A stretch of DNA of 64,000 nt from Callorhinchus milii (taxonomy: Eukaryota): assembly GCF_018977255.1 (NCBI RefSeq), contig NW_024704742.1:15502001-15566000 (forward strand), read 5' to 3'. Below, piece after piece: positions 51,530 through 63,278 of the stretch; within the stretch, counting starts at the first letter, position 1; each line of letters opens with the position of its first letter. The notes beneath the pieces were generated by a model, which saw nothing but the letters and a program-made list of their open reading frames with translations, searched no databases and was not told where the DNA came from. A program made the position numbers and the translations under genes.

Positions 51530-52597
51530 TTGAAGAGGTAGGTTTCTGGCTAGTTATGAAATGCCAATAGAAAGGGGACAAAACAAGTGTGTAGGGTGTT
51601 CATGCTTTAGCAGTACTTTGTCAGTAAACACTTTCAGGGACGTTTAGTTACTTCCAGTGAACTTTTTTTTACTTTTTACGTTGGTAACTTTACATTCCTT
51701 TTCCAGAAATGTGTATTATTCTTCACTTTCTAATATACTTACAAACAGAGAAGAAAACATACACCAAAGTCTGATACTAGTTTAAATTTTTCCTTCAAAA
51801 CAAAAACTGTTGCACACATTTTAAAGCTTTAAACCTTTGGAAATCTTCACAACATCTTAATCTTCGAAAGAATTTGATGTCACAGCAAAAGATAATTCCA
51901 TGCTCAAGTTTCATACAGGAATTGTGGTTATTTTGGCTTATTTCTTTCCTTTGATGGAGAACAAATTAGAAATGAATGTTGACTCTGAAAAGGAAATCTA
52001 AATTGATCTTAGCAAATTAAATTCAGTTTCATTTACGTGATCAGATTGCTTTTCCTGACCAAAAACATACTTTACAGTGAATCTGGTGAAGCAATCTGAG
52101 ATGTCCTCTCAATGTGAAAGATGTTACACCAAATGCAAGGATCATTAATTTGGGTCAAGTTGCCAAATCACAAAGGTTTCTGGGAACTCCTTGTGCTAGG
52201 AACTGTTCAGATAAATGGAAGACAGCATGATTCCTGTAACCTTTACAGAGGAGAGATAAGGGGGACCAAGAGAAAGCACACTCAATATATGAAGTGATGC
52301 AAACCCCCCCGTCCACCCCCCCCCCCCACCCCCCACCACCACACACACACCCTTGTAAATCTGAGTCATCCTGGTTAATAAGCATTTTAAGAGTAACCAA
52401 GAATCCAAAGTGGAGCTTGAGATGTCAAATAACCAAGATAAATGATACACCAAATACACATAAAGATGAGTTGATGAGCAAGACAGCATGGGGACCAAAT
52501 TATAAACTATATTTTATCTGGACACTTGAACTTTGCTGCTACTTTCCTTGACTATTCCGACTTAACACAGTAGAGTATTGTGATATCATATTTGTTA

Positions 52598-53000
52598 GTT
52601 AGAAACATAGAAACAGGAGTAGATCATTGAGTCCTCAAACCTGTTCTACCATTCTATAAGATTATGGCTGATCTGTACCTCAAGTCCCAATACCTTCTCT
52701 TGCCCCGTATCTCTTAATACCCTGACCTAACAAATATCTAACCCCTCAGTCTTGAAGATGTGCAACCATAGACCTTTGGGGAAGAGTTCCAGATTTCCAC
52801 TAACCTTTGTGTGAAAAACTACCTCCTGATTTCACTCCTAATATATCATAATTTAACCCTTTTTGCCCTGGTATCATTCTGGTGAATTTGCGTTGCAACC
52901 ACTTCAGAGCCAATATATCCTTCCTGAGGTGTGGTGCTCGTAATTGAACACAGTAGATGGGCTCTGATCAAGGCTCTCTATAGTTAAGCATAACTATTGA
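52598..53000 (-). mobile_element. CR1 LINE 3' end, rearranged
   Basis: TAGAAACATAGAAAC reverse tail followed by CR1-like 3' sequence. Confidence 0.65.
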
Positions 53001-53044
53001 ATTTATACTTCTATAATTACTTAACAACAACAGAAAAACAGAGC

Positions 53045-53400
53045 AGGAGGCCTATGCCAGTCAAGTGGTGGCACCGGGTGGTGGATTGGGGAGTGAGGAG
53101 GTCAGAGAGTTATGGAGGAACCAGAGAATGAAGGGATTTGAACACAAGTGTAAGGATCTTGAAGTAGATCCCTTCGGTGATGGGGAGGCTATGGAGCCTG
53201 GCCAGAATTGGTGAGATATGGGTACGGAGTTTGGTCCAGGTAAGTATGCGGGGGGCAGAGTTCTGAATGAGCTAGATTTTTTGAATAGTGGAGCTGGGGA
53301 AACCAGTGAGGAGTGATTTGAGTAGTCCAGGTGGGAGGTGTCAAACGCATGCACGAGGGTTTCGGCTACATTTGGGGTAAGGCACAGTCGGAGGTGGTAA
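53045..53400 (-). mobile_element. Old L2 ORF2 fragment
   Basis: HAFDTSHLDYSN and related L2 C-terminal motifs. Confidence 0.7.
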
Positions 53401-53657
53401 TATATTACTTAAGATCGTAGTTCATAAATTAACCTGGTTTAGTCCACCACATTGCGTCTTGTATTATCCTGCATTCTTCTTTGTTCAAACCCTGTCAGAG
53501 CTTATTGCTTTGTCAGTTTCGGAAAACTCGTATGATCAGATAAATAAGTCAGTTTCAGTCTGGGGGCGAAAGAGATACTTTAAACTGCCAAATCACAAAT
53601 ACAACAGAAGAGGCAACTGTCAACTTCTGGATTTGCAATCATCAAAAGATTAGTTGT

Positions 53658-53975
53658 GGAGTCCTGTAGCTCAGTTGTTAGAGCACTCACTTTACAAGTG
53701 AGAGATCTGAGTTCAATTCCAGGCAGGGCGAAACCTTGGGCAAGTTTCCTTACTCCACACACCTAATAATAATCCCTCCAAAAAAAAACAATAATAAATT
53801 GGTCATTTTCAATCCACGACTGTTTGTGGGACACTGCTGTGCGCAATTGGCTGCCGTGTTCGCCCACAAATATACAGTCAATTCAATTTACAGTATATTC
53901 TGTGAAGCGCTTTGGGACGTCTAGAAGACGTAAAAAGCGCTATATCAAAAAAAATGCAAGGAAAAATGCAAGGAA
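53658..53975 (+). mobile_element. tRNA-derived SINE, short variant
   Basis: Same family head, body and tail. Confidence 0.88.
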
Positions 53976-55097
53976 GTTAAAGATTAAATCTCAATTAACG
54001 TTAAAGGGAAGTCAGATTAGATGCATTTTTGACTTGATGGAATAAATATCAAACTCAAAAATTCAAAATACTGCAGATGCTGGAAATCTGAAACAAAAAC
54101 AAAAGTCGCCGGGAACACTCCGAGATGTTTAGAATATCAAATTCCAATTCATGTAAAGAATCTCCCCAAACAATTTCACATATCCTATTGTTAGCTAGCG
54201 CAAATATCAGAGCAGCGTGGTTGCCAAAGGTGCAGAGCAATAACAGTACTAGAATATCTTTAAAGAAAATTTAAAACTTCTATTATGAGTTCAATAGGAA
54301 CCCTGACCTCATAGTCCAGACAATACTCCAATGCAGTGCTGAGGAGAGTTCCATTGTTGGAGGCAATACATGTTGACCCTGCCAGGTGGACATTAAAGAA
54401 CCCATGGCACTATCGAAAAGGAGAAGAGATATTCTCCTGGTGTCCAAGTGACTAATCCTTCAGATAAAATTAATCATTCACTTCATGGCTGTCGTGTGAC
54501 ATTGTTGTGGGTGAATTGACTGGTGCGTTCAAATACAAATGGATAGTCACTACTCTTTACAAAACCTTTTCAGTCATTTTGTATTACGCTGAATTATATA
54601 AAAATTCTAAAAACAATAATATAATAAAAATAATCCTTGCATTTGATACAGAACCTTATCATGAGGTATCATAAAACACTTCACAGGATTTTTACTGCAG
54701 TGGTTTGACTGTATTTTTTGTAGTGACTGTGTTTATAGGCAAACACGGTAGTTAATTTGCACATTGCAATGTCCCAAACACATCTCTGGAGCAAGTAATC
54801 CTTGTATTTGATTCAATAAATTATCACACCGTTAAGACCTCTCAAAGCATTTCACAGGATGTACTTTACAGTGTATATTAGAAAGTGTATATATAAATTG
54901 TGTATTTCTGGGGTGAAATGTAGCAGCCGGTTGCACATAGCAATGTCCCACAAAAAGCCATTGAGTGAGTGACCAATTTTATTTTGGGGATTGTTGACCA
55001 GGACATCGGAAGAAACGCGTTCCTCTTTTTGAATTGCGCCGTGGGAACTCCAATGGGCTGACGAGAACTCAGTTTAACATTTCATCTGAGGGGGTCA

Positions 55098-55419
55098 TAA
55101 TAATAATAATAATCCTTGCATTTGATATAGCGCTTTTCACGTCGGGAGGATGCACCAAAGCGCTTCACAGAACACACTGTAAAGTGAATTGACTGTATAT
55201 TTGTGGGCGAACGCGGCAGCCAATTGCGCACAGCAATGTCCCACAAACAGTCGTAGATTGAAAATGAACCATTTATTATTGTTTTTGGTTTTTTGGAGGG
55301 ATTATTATTAGGCTCTGTGTGGGGTAAGGAAACTTGCCCAAGGTTTCGCCCTGCCTGGAATTGAACGCAGGTCTCTCGCTGGCAAAGCGAGTGCTCTAAC
55401 CACTGAGCTACAGGACTCC
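55098..55419 (-). mobile_element. tRNA-derived SINE, short variant
   Basis: Full-length reverse copy with (ATT)n tail. Confidence 0.88.
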
Positions 55420-56470
55420 ACTGTAGCCTGCAGTTTTAGTTGACTGGTTCACAACACTTGTTTGCGATTGCCTTCCCAAGTACCTTCCAAGTTCAGTGCA
55501 GAAAATTGAATGTGTGCAAAAAAAATGTTGTGGACTGATCATCATTTAGTAACTCCTTGTATCTTTATATAACTCTGCTTCTATCACCCTGACCTCAATG
55601 GATCTCCCACTCTCCACCAGCTCATTGATTGCCACCCACTCCAAGCAAAAAAAGCAATGCTAAACGTATGCAACAGTGTTGGTGAAACATTCTTTAGTAT
55701 GTCACCTCGTCGGAGGACCATCACCTTCCAAAGAGAAAGCTGGCTGGAGAAAGCAAGGAAGACTGAGAAACCACAGCAGTTTACATTGATACACTCCAAA
55801 GAGGCCAGACACTTAAATTTTACGTGCAAGAGAGCTGTAGACATTATCAAGATCTTTAAACTAACTATAGGTGGTTCAAGCAAAAAAAAATTTAATATCA
55901 TTTTAGTCTGACATTGAACAAATATTTTATGCATAATTAATTAAAGCCCCATTGCACCAAATAGATCATTTTCAAGCAAATTATGCAGTACATAATACAG
56001 CACAAAATGAGCTCCCATAAATAAGTCTTTTTTGTTGAAATCCAGAATTTGCAGTGCATCCAAACCACCTATGTTTCCCTGAACTGCTTAAAGAATCAAG
56101 GAAGTCAATTTTTTCACCTGCACATGTTTCTATTGGAACATGGAACAAAAATGTAAACAGTCATGCTGTTATCTTTATTAAACATCTCAGTTGGTACAGA
56201 GTTAAATCATACAGAATGAAGTAATGGGTGGTGGTTTTAAACATAATACAGAATTTACAGTAAATGAGGAAAATTTTGGTCATCCAAAAATGAAGCATAC
56301 CCCCATCACTGCACTGGAGTGTCAGCCTAGACTGTGAATTCAAATATATCAATGTATCTATGTCAGTAAGTGCAGCAGAAGTTTAATACTCTACTGAGAA
56401 GCATGAACACAGCTCTAAAATTTTCAAGCATTTTGGTTCAATTTTGGGATTTAAAGCTGTGGCTTCTTCT

Positions 56471-56842
56471 TAATAATAATAATCTTTGTATTTGGTTTGG
56501 CACCTTTCACATCGGGAGAATGTCCAAAAGCGCATGACATGATTTACTGTGAAGTGGAGTGACTATTTGTAGGTGTATATGGCAGCCCAGCATTGTCCCA
56601 CAAACAGTCTTGAAACAAATAACCAATTTTATTTGGAGGATTGTTGACCAGAACACCAGAAGAAATTCCTTGCTTTTTTCAAAAAGTGCCATGGGATCTT
56701 TAACGTCCACTTAAACAGGTAGATGGGAACTTTGTTTAATGTCTCAACTGAAGGATGGCATCTCCGACAATACAAGCCCCACCCCAAACTGCGCTGGAGT
56801 GTCAGTTTAAAATATGTGAGTTCAAGTCCTGACATAGGGCAT
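56471..56842 (-). mobile_element. Older DeuSINE-type SINE, abutted at its head by a younger SINE
   Basis: Tail and core (GCCATGGGATCTTTAACGTCCAC) on the minus strand. Confidence 0.72.
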
Positions 56843-57124
56843 GGAGTCCTGTAGTATATTGATTGGAGCATTCGCCTCACAAGCAAGAGAATCTGGGTTC
56901 AATCCCGGGCAGGGCAAAAAGTTAGGCAAGGTTCCTTCTCCCCACGCCTCTGTTTTACCTAGCAGCAAGTAGGAACCCGGTTGTTAGTCGATTGGTAGAT
57001 CGCTTTTCCAGGGATAATAATCCCTTCAAAAAAAAATTGGTCACTCAATCCACGACTGTTTGTGGGACACTGCTGTGCGCAATTGGCTGCCGCATTTCGT
57101 CCACAAATATACAGTCAATTTCAG
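56843..57124 (+). mobile_element. tRNA-derived SINE, long variant, 3'-truncated
   Basis: Family head and body. Confidence 0.82.
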
Positions 57125-57854
57125 TAAAATGTTATTGAGACTCAAATATAGCAGGCACCTTTAGTAAGATATAAATAGTATTTGCAATTCTACATAGAAT
57201 TACATAGAACATCACAGCACAGAAACAGTTTTTACCCAGCTAATCTATGCCAGTGTTTATGCTCCACCCAAGCCCTGGCACCTCCTTATCCCCTCTCCCA
57301 TGGCCCTATTCCCTTCTCCCTTATGTATGCATTAAGTTTCTTCTTTAATGCATTGGTACTTTTGTTTCACCAAAACTTCTGCAGTTAGTTCCAAATTCTC
57401 ACTAAAGGCTTCCTAAAAGAGTTACTCCTAAACTTTCTTTCAGATCCTGTGTGTCTTGGGTAGGCTCAGTTGGTAACACTCTCACCTTTGCATCTAATTC
57501 AGGAGCCTATGAGTTCAATCCCTGTGTTGGAACTTGAACTCCTAGCCTTTTGCTGACAGTCCACTGCAGGTCTGGGGAGCATTGGATTGTCAGAGGTAAC
57601 ATTTTTCAGATGAGCCAATGAATCAAGATCCTACCTGCCCTTCACATCTTTAGTGGACTGTCCAATGCTCAAGAAGCGAGGCAAAATTGAGAGCAATTGG
57701 AATCATTGTTAAAGATTAATTAGATGGAACACAAACTACGGTCTTCAGACTCAAAAATAAACATCTCAGAGTGGTCTTAAACAGGATATGATATATATAA
57801 CAATCCTTCCAATAACAATATATAACAATATATAACAATTCTCTTCGACCGTGC

Positions 57855-58039
57855 CTTCTCTTCGACTGTGCCTTCAGATCCCCTCTCGACTCTCTACCCC
57901 TTCCGCACTCCCTCCCTTCCCTCCCCTCACCCTGACCATTTCCCCCCTGCTCGGGTCCTGACCCAACTGTCCAGCGCCTTGGGACGTCCTCCCGACGTGA
58001 AAGGCGCTCTATAAATGAAATCTTGTTGTTGTTGTTGTT
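57855..58039 (+). mobile_element. Young L2 3' terminal fragment
   Basis: Matches the 3' end of the 48425 and 16491 elements, ending in (TTG)n. Confidence 0.85.
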
Positions 58040-58544
58040 CCATTTGATATAGCACCTTTCCACGTTGTCAAGACATCTCAAATCGCTTCACAGGATATAC
58101 TATAAAGTGGTGTGACTTGGGCATCTTGTGCCGATTGCAGCAGCCATTATACATAGCAATGCCTTACAAAGAGCCATGAAGTGAGTGAACAATTTTATTT
58201 TATTTTAATTTTAATGATAATATGCCTTAACAGGTTAGTCTGACAAAGGGCCTTCTTTACACAAAATTATTTTAGATCTTAGGAAATTAGTTATCCTGTC
58301 ATCCACCAAGGAAAGGCACAAAATAATGTAGGTTCTGGTGATATAACATTATGCCATATTAGCTGTGCATTCATAGTGACAGTCCTTGCATGCTGATTCT
58401 CTCGTCTTAGTGTCCATGGGCTGCCCGTTAGGGGCTGTGTTTCTGACGTTGGCTACGAAGCTTGTCTGTGACATCAAAGTCTTTTGTTCATTCCCAATGC
58501 TGGTCTTTCAAATCCACCTGCCCTTCCCCAGAGCATGGACTCTC

Positions 58545-58665
58545 CTCCCTCACACACTCACTCACTCTCTTTCTCTCTGCCTGTCTGTCTCATACACTCA
58601 CTCTCTCACTGTCTTGCTGCCTTTCTCACACACGCACTCTCTCTCTCTCTCTGTATCTCTGCCTG
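58545..58665. repeat. CT/CA low-complexity tract
   Basis: Visible directly in the sequence. Confidence 0.8.
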
Positions 58666-58979
58666 TGTTATTCAATTCTTTACTTGTTCATTTATTCTTT
58701 TGTTCGCTTAGCCGAAGGATGAGGTTGCAGTACTTTGATAGAAAGTGAGGCGGGCTGCTTTGAACAAAGACTTACTTTCCCACAGGGAAGAAGCAGATGA
58801 AAAATTAATCCTGGATTAATAAATATCATGTAACTTAGCTTCAAAACAATATTTTGAAGTATTGTATCAGATCTCTTGGATTATTATTGCTACCAATATT
58901 ATAACAAATGGTTCAAGAGTACCAGGAAGTAGTGGGAGCCAATTGATCAGGAAAGTACTTTTAATTGAATATAAAGGGA

Positions 58980-59330
58980 ATATAGCATTTGATATAGCCC
59001 TTTTCATGTCTTCTAGACGTCTCAAAGCACTTCATAGAATATACTGTGAAGTGAATTGACTATATATTTGTGGGCGAAACACTGCAGCAATTGTGCAGAG
59101 CAGTGTCCCACAAGCAGTCGTGGATTGAAGTGATCAAATTTTTTTTAAGGATTTATTATCCCCAGAAAAATTATCCACCAATCAACTAACAACTGGGTTC
59201 CTACTTACTGCTAGGTAAACAGATGCATGTGGAGTAAGGAAACTTGCCCAACCTTTTCACCCTGCCGGGAATAGAAACCAGGTCTCTTGCTTGTGAGGCG
59301 AACGTTCTAACCACTGAGCTACAGGACTTC
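58980..59330 (-). mobile_element. tRNA-derived SINE, long variant
   Basis: Reverse copy of the family. Confidence 0.85.
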
Positions 59331-59331
59331 A

Positions 59332-59674
59332 CAATAGGATAGATACAGATAAGTTATTTCCTCTGGTGGGGCAATCCAGAACAAAAGGGGACATTCTTAA
59401 AATTAGAGCTAGGCCAGTTTAGGAATGAAACCAGGAGGCATTTTTTTTCACACACACCAAAGCATCTGTATTTCACTCCCTCAAAAGGCTGTCAATGCTG
59501 GGTAATTTGGTAATTTCAAGTCTGTGGTTGGTAAACATTTGTTGGTTAACGCTGTCAAGCGATATGGAGAAAAGGCGTGTAAATGGAGTCGAGGTACAGA
59601 TCAGCCAGATCAAATAGAATGGTGGAACAGGCTTAAGGGGCTGAATGGCCTTACTCCTGTTCCTATGTTCCTAT
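59332..59674 (+). mobile_element. CR1 LINE 3' end
   Basis: D..KLFPL.G.SRT.GH-type end, GGGCTGAATGGCC hairpin region and (TTCCTATG)n tail. Confidence 0.75.
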
Positions 59675-59686
59675 CTACCAAATAAT

Positions 59687-59990
59687 GGTGTCCTGTAGCT
59701 TAGTGGTTAGAGCACTCGCCTTGCAAGTGAGAGACCTGGGTTCGATTCCCAGCAGGGTGAAACCTTGAGCAAGTTTCCTTTTTCCACATGCCTGATAATA
59801 AACCCTCAAGAAAAGAAAATAATAATAATTTGGTCACTCAAGCCACGACTGTTTGTGGGACAGTGATGTGTGCGTTTTGCCCGCAAATATACAGTCAATT
59901 CACTTTAAGTATATTCTGTGAAGCTCTTTGAGAAGTCTAGAAGATGTGAAAAGCGCTAAATCAGATTATCAGATCAGATTATTATTATTA
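59687..59990 (+). mobile_element. tRNA-derived SINE, short variant
   Basis: Family head with GGTTCGATTCC B box; (ATT)n tail. Confidence 0.85.
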
Positions 59991-60124
59991 TAACAAGCAA
60001 GTGGTTGCTTCTCGAAAACTTTCCGTTGAATAGCCTCTGCCTGGAAGTCAGGAGGACAGTTCATCACATGTGGAACTCGTGGTGAACGCAAAGATTAAAA
60101 TTATATAGCTAAAGGGAAAGGAGC

Positions 60125-60538
60125 TTGGAGAGAGAGAGAGAAAAAAAAGCAAATGCAGTTTTGTAAGATGATTCAAAACTGGTATGCTATTTTTGGTAGC
60201 TCAGAAATGGTGCAATCTTGCAGAGTTTAAGTGTTGGGGGAATTTTCTTGCAATGAACTTTATGCTCACTTTAGGTGATAGAATCCGGTGTAACTTACTT
60301 CATGTTAGCATTAAAAGTTTAGGGCAATGATGCCAGATTTTGTTTTGTTTTTGTCAGCTGGGTGTCTGACACATGGTGTCTGACACATGTGGAAACCCAT
60401 CACCATTGTTAAGAGTTTCCGACCAAACAGAGTTTTGTGCATCCCACCTACACATAGAAATTCCAGAAATAGATTGTTGGAATGGAGTGTGCACTGGATG
60501 GATGCATCCTTCTTACCTAATTCCTGGAAAGTATTAGG
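60125..60538 (+). repeat. ~400-bp direct repeat, copy A
   Basis: High identity to 62892-63278; contains a 14-bp tandem duplication GGTGTCTGACACAT. Confidence 0.9.
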
Positions 60539-60879
60539 CGCAGATTGACAAGAACCAGGCTTGGTGACCCCAGAGTGTGTGTTGGGGTATTGTTGGAGTC
60601 CAACAAGCTAAAACCACAAAGCTTACCATTGAGAGCAATGTTGAGCTGTGTGGTTACCATTGCACTGTCTTGCAAGCTTTCCTGCTGCTTGTTTAGCTAG
60701 GACCATGCAACCCATTTTGGTTTTGGCTTGTAGGGTTCACAGGAGCTGAGGGGAAGGAGTCCCTCCCCCAGTGACTGGTCTGCCCTTACAAGTGCTGACA
60801 ATTAGCCAGGTTGTATTGTCATCAGAGGTCCCTGGAATACTATGGATCTGCCTGGCTCAGCAACTGGACTACCCAGACC

Positions 60880-61990
60880 ACCACAGACCTTCCCCCCACA
60901 CCAAAGAGGACAGTCACTAGCTGGCCATTTGACATCAAACAAGTGTGAGTTTCAGCCCTCACTAGGTGGATGGTAGGTACCAAAAACTCATCTTCCTGTT
61001 TACAGCTCAGACACGCATACCGTCCCATTGAGCTATGGTTCCACCAGTTGGAGGTGTGAAGTTTAAGCAGCAGTTGCTTACCCCTCTGCACACCAGTCAA
61101 GATAGGTTCCAAGCACTGGACATACAAAACGTGTATTCAAGGACTCAGGTTCCAGATAACACTTTCCAGCAGCTGTTGCCCCAAGCCTCAAAGTTTCCTC
61201 ATAAGCAATTTGGCAGCCATCTGCCTTCAGGGTTGTGGAAAGACCTTTACAGGACAGCTTGTGATGTGCTAGCTTGATCTTCTTAAGGTCCAAGTCTAAT
61301 GCCATGTACCAGGCTTAATCAGCACCAATTGCTTAATCTAGGTCCTCATGTGAGGAGCCTTGGCAAATAGATATGTCCACTGTGAAATCTCCTCCACCTC
61401 CAGGGTGCTTTGCAATAGGTCAGTGTAGGCCGGAGCCCTCCCTTCCGGCAACCACTTCCTGTGTTTGCTCGGAATCCACCTCACTGCTTGATTCTGGAGT
61501 TTGCAAATGGGCTGGAGGAAGCCTCTCCGCTGCGTTCCTAGGAGTTTGGATCCATAAAGGAGGACTATTTGCAGAAGGTCTTATATACTGCAAGTTTAAC
61601 CTGCATTGGGACCTTGCTGTCCTAGAATGAGAGCATGACCAGAGAACCCTTTGCCCCTTCTCAATGCCATCCTTCAGGACAATATCCAGGGAAAATGTGG
61701 TGTCCATCATGAGCTGAGGTACCAATAAGCATGAACAATTGGGACTGATGTCCTTGTAACTTCCAATCAATAAGCTCAATGTCTTCTCCGGAGACGTGCA
61801 GAACCATGATTCCACACTTGGGGGCATGTCCCACCGGTTGCCCAGTTTTCAAGATGGCAGGTGCAACACAAAGAGTCCCCAGGTGAGTTTGCCAGCAGAA
61901 CAATATCATCTGCAAACAGAAGCACTCCAATCCTGTCAGTGGCAGCCTGACATGGACTATACTGCTCTCAGACTGGTTACAATAAGTGTT
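60880..61990 (-). mobile_element. Decayed non-LTR retrotransposon RT/C-terminal remnant (not the local L2/CR1 type)
   Basis: Minus strand reads DRIGVLLFADDIVLLANSPGD (FADD at 61905-61916), then KCGIMV..WKLQG, and further on LLLKL..W..CLSC..H, a Zn-knuckle-like C-terminus. Many frameshifts; boundaries approximate. Confidence 0.7.
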
Positions 61991-62257
61991 GAAGTGTCAC
62001 CATGAAAATAACTAATCCAGTTTTCTCCCTGAAAGCAAGGGTGTAGTAGCCATTCACCGATGTATCACAGTTGAGGTGGAGAAAAGGGTAGCCCAGGAAC
62101 AGAGAGGACGTTTGATTTACATGAACTCACAATGGGTAATAAGATTTGCAGGGAGTCAATAAATGGGATGACAAAACTTTCCAGACAGTGAGCCTAATGA
62201 CTAGAGAGGTTATTTAGCTTCCTATGAATAGGATCAGTATATTTATAATTTAGGTGC

Positions 62258-62641
62258 TAGTTGACTTCAGTTGGTAGTAGTTTCATTTGTGAGTCAACAT
62301 GTTGAGACTTTGAGATCATAGGCTGAAGGAATGCTGCATTTTGGAGGTGCTGCTCTTTGGATAAGTTGTTTAAACAAAGGTCCCGTTTGCCTGGTCAAGT
62401 AGACATTAAAGATCTCAAGTCACTATTTGAAAGGGCCAAGGAGTTTCTTCCAATGCATTGGCCAACAATCCTTCTGATAAAATTGATCATTCGCATCATG
62501 CTGGCTGTAGGACATTGCTGTGTGAAAATTGGCAGGCATATTTGCTTACACTTTACGGTAAATATCCTGCAAGATTCTTTGAGACGTTTCGACAATGTGA
62601 TAAGTTGCTATATCAAAGGCAAGGATGATTGTTATCATTAT
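62258..62641 (+). mobile_element. Older DeuSINE-type SINE
   Basis: Core GACATTAAAGATC and tail. Confidence 0.65.
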
Positions 62642-62891
62642 TTTACAGTAGTTGCTTTTGTTTCCTTTAAATAGTTCCAGTGCATGTTGCAGGGCTGGAT
62701 TAACCTTTTGTGGGCCTGGTGCCAAAAAGATTTGTGGAGCCCTATTTTCATTTGCTCTTTTTATATGTAGTGGATTCAGTGCTGGACTATGTCCCTGAGG
62801 GCTAAGAATTGTGAGCTAAAATAAAAGAGCCGATTTGTGGGGGCTGCTTGACAGATAATCTCAGAGATACTTGGCCGCCAATTATGGGTGT

Positions 62892-63278
62892 TTGGAGAGA
62901 GAGAAAAAAAAAACAAATGCAGTTTTGTAAGATGATTCAAAACTGGTATGCTATTTTTGGTAGCTCAGAAATGGTGCAATCTTGTAGAGTTTAAGTGTTG
63001 GGGGAATTTTCATGCAATGAACTTTATGCTCACTTTAGGTGATAGAATCCGGTGTAACTTATTTCATATTAGCACTAAAAGTCTAGGGCAATTATGCCAG
63101 ATTTTGCTTCATTTTTGTCAGCTGGGTGTCTGACACATGTGGAAACCCATCACCATGGTTAAGAGTTTCCGAATAAACAGAGTTTCATGCATCCCACCTA
63201 CACATGGAAATTCCAGAAATAGATTGTTGGAATGGAATGTGCTCTCTCCCTTCTTAGCTAATTCCCGGAAATTATAGG
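62892..63278 (+). repeat. ~400-bp direct repeat, copy B
   Basis: High identity to 60125-60538. Confidence 0.9.

Noticed and set aside
55584..55934. Overlapping 84-aa and 116-aa ORFs in unique sequence
   Set aside because: No recognisable motif or convincing splice boundaries; needs a database search.
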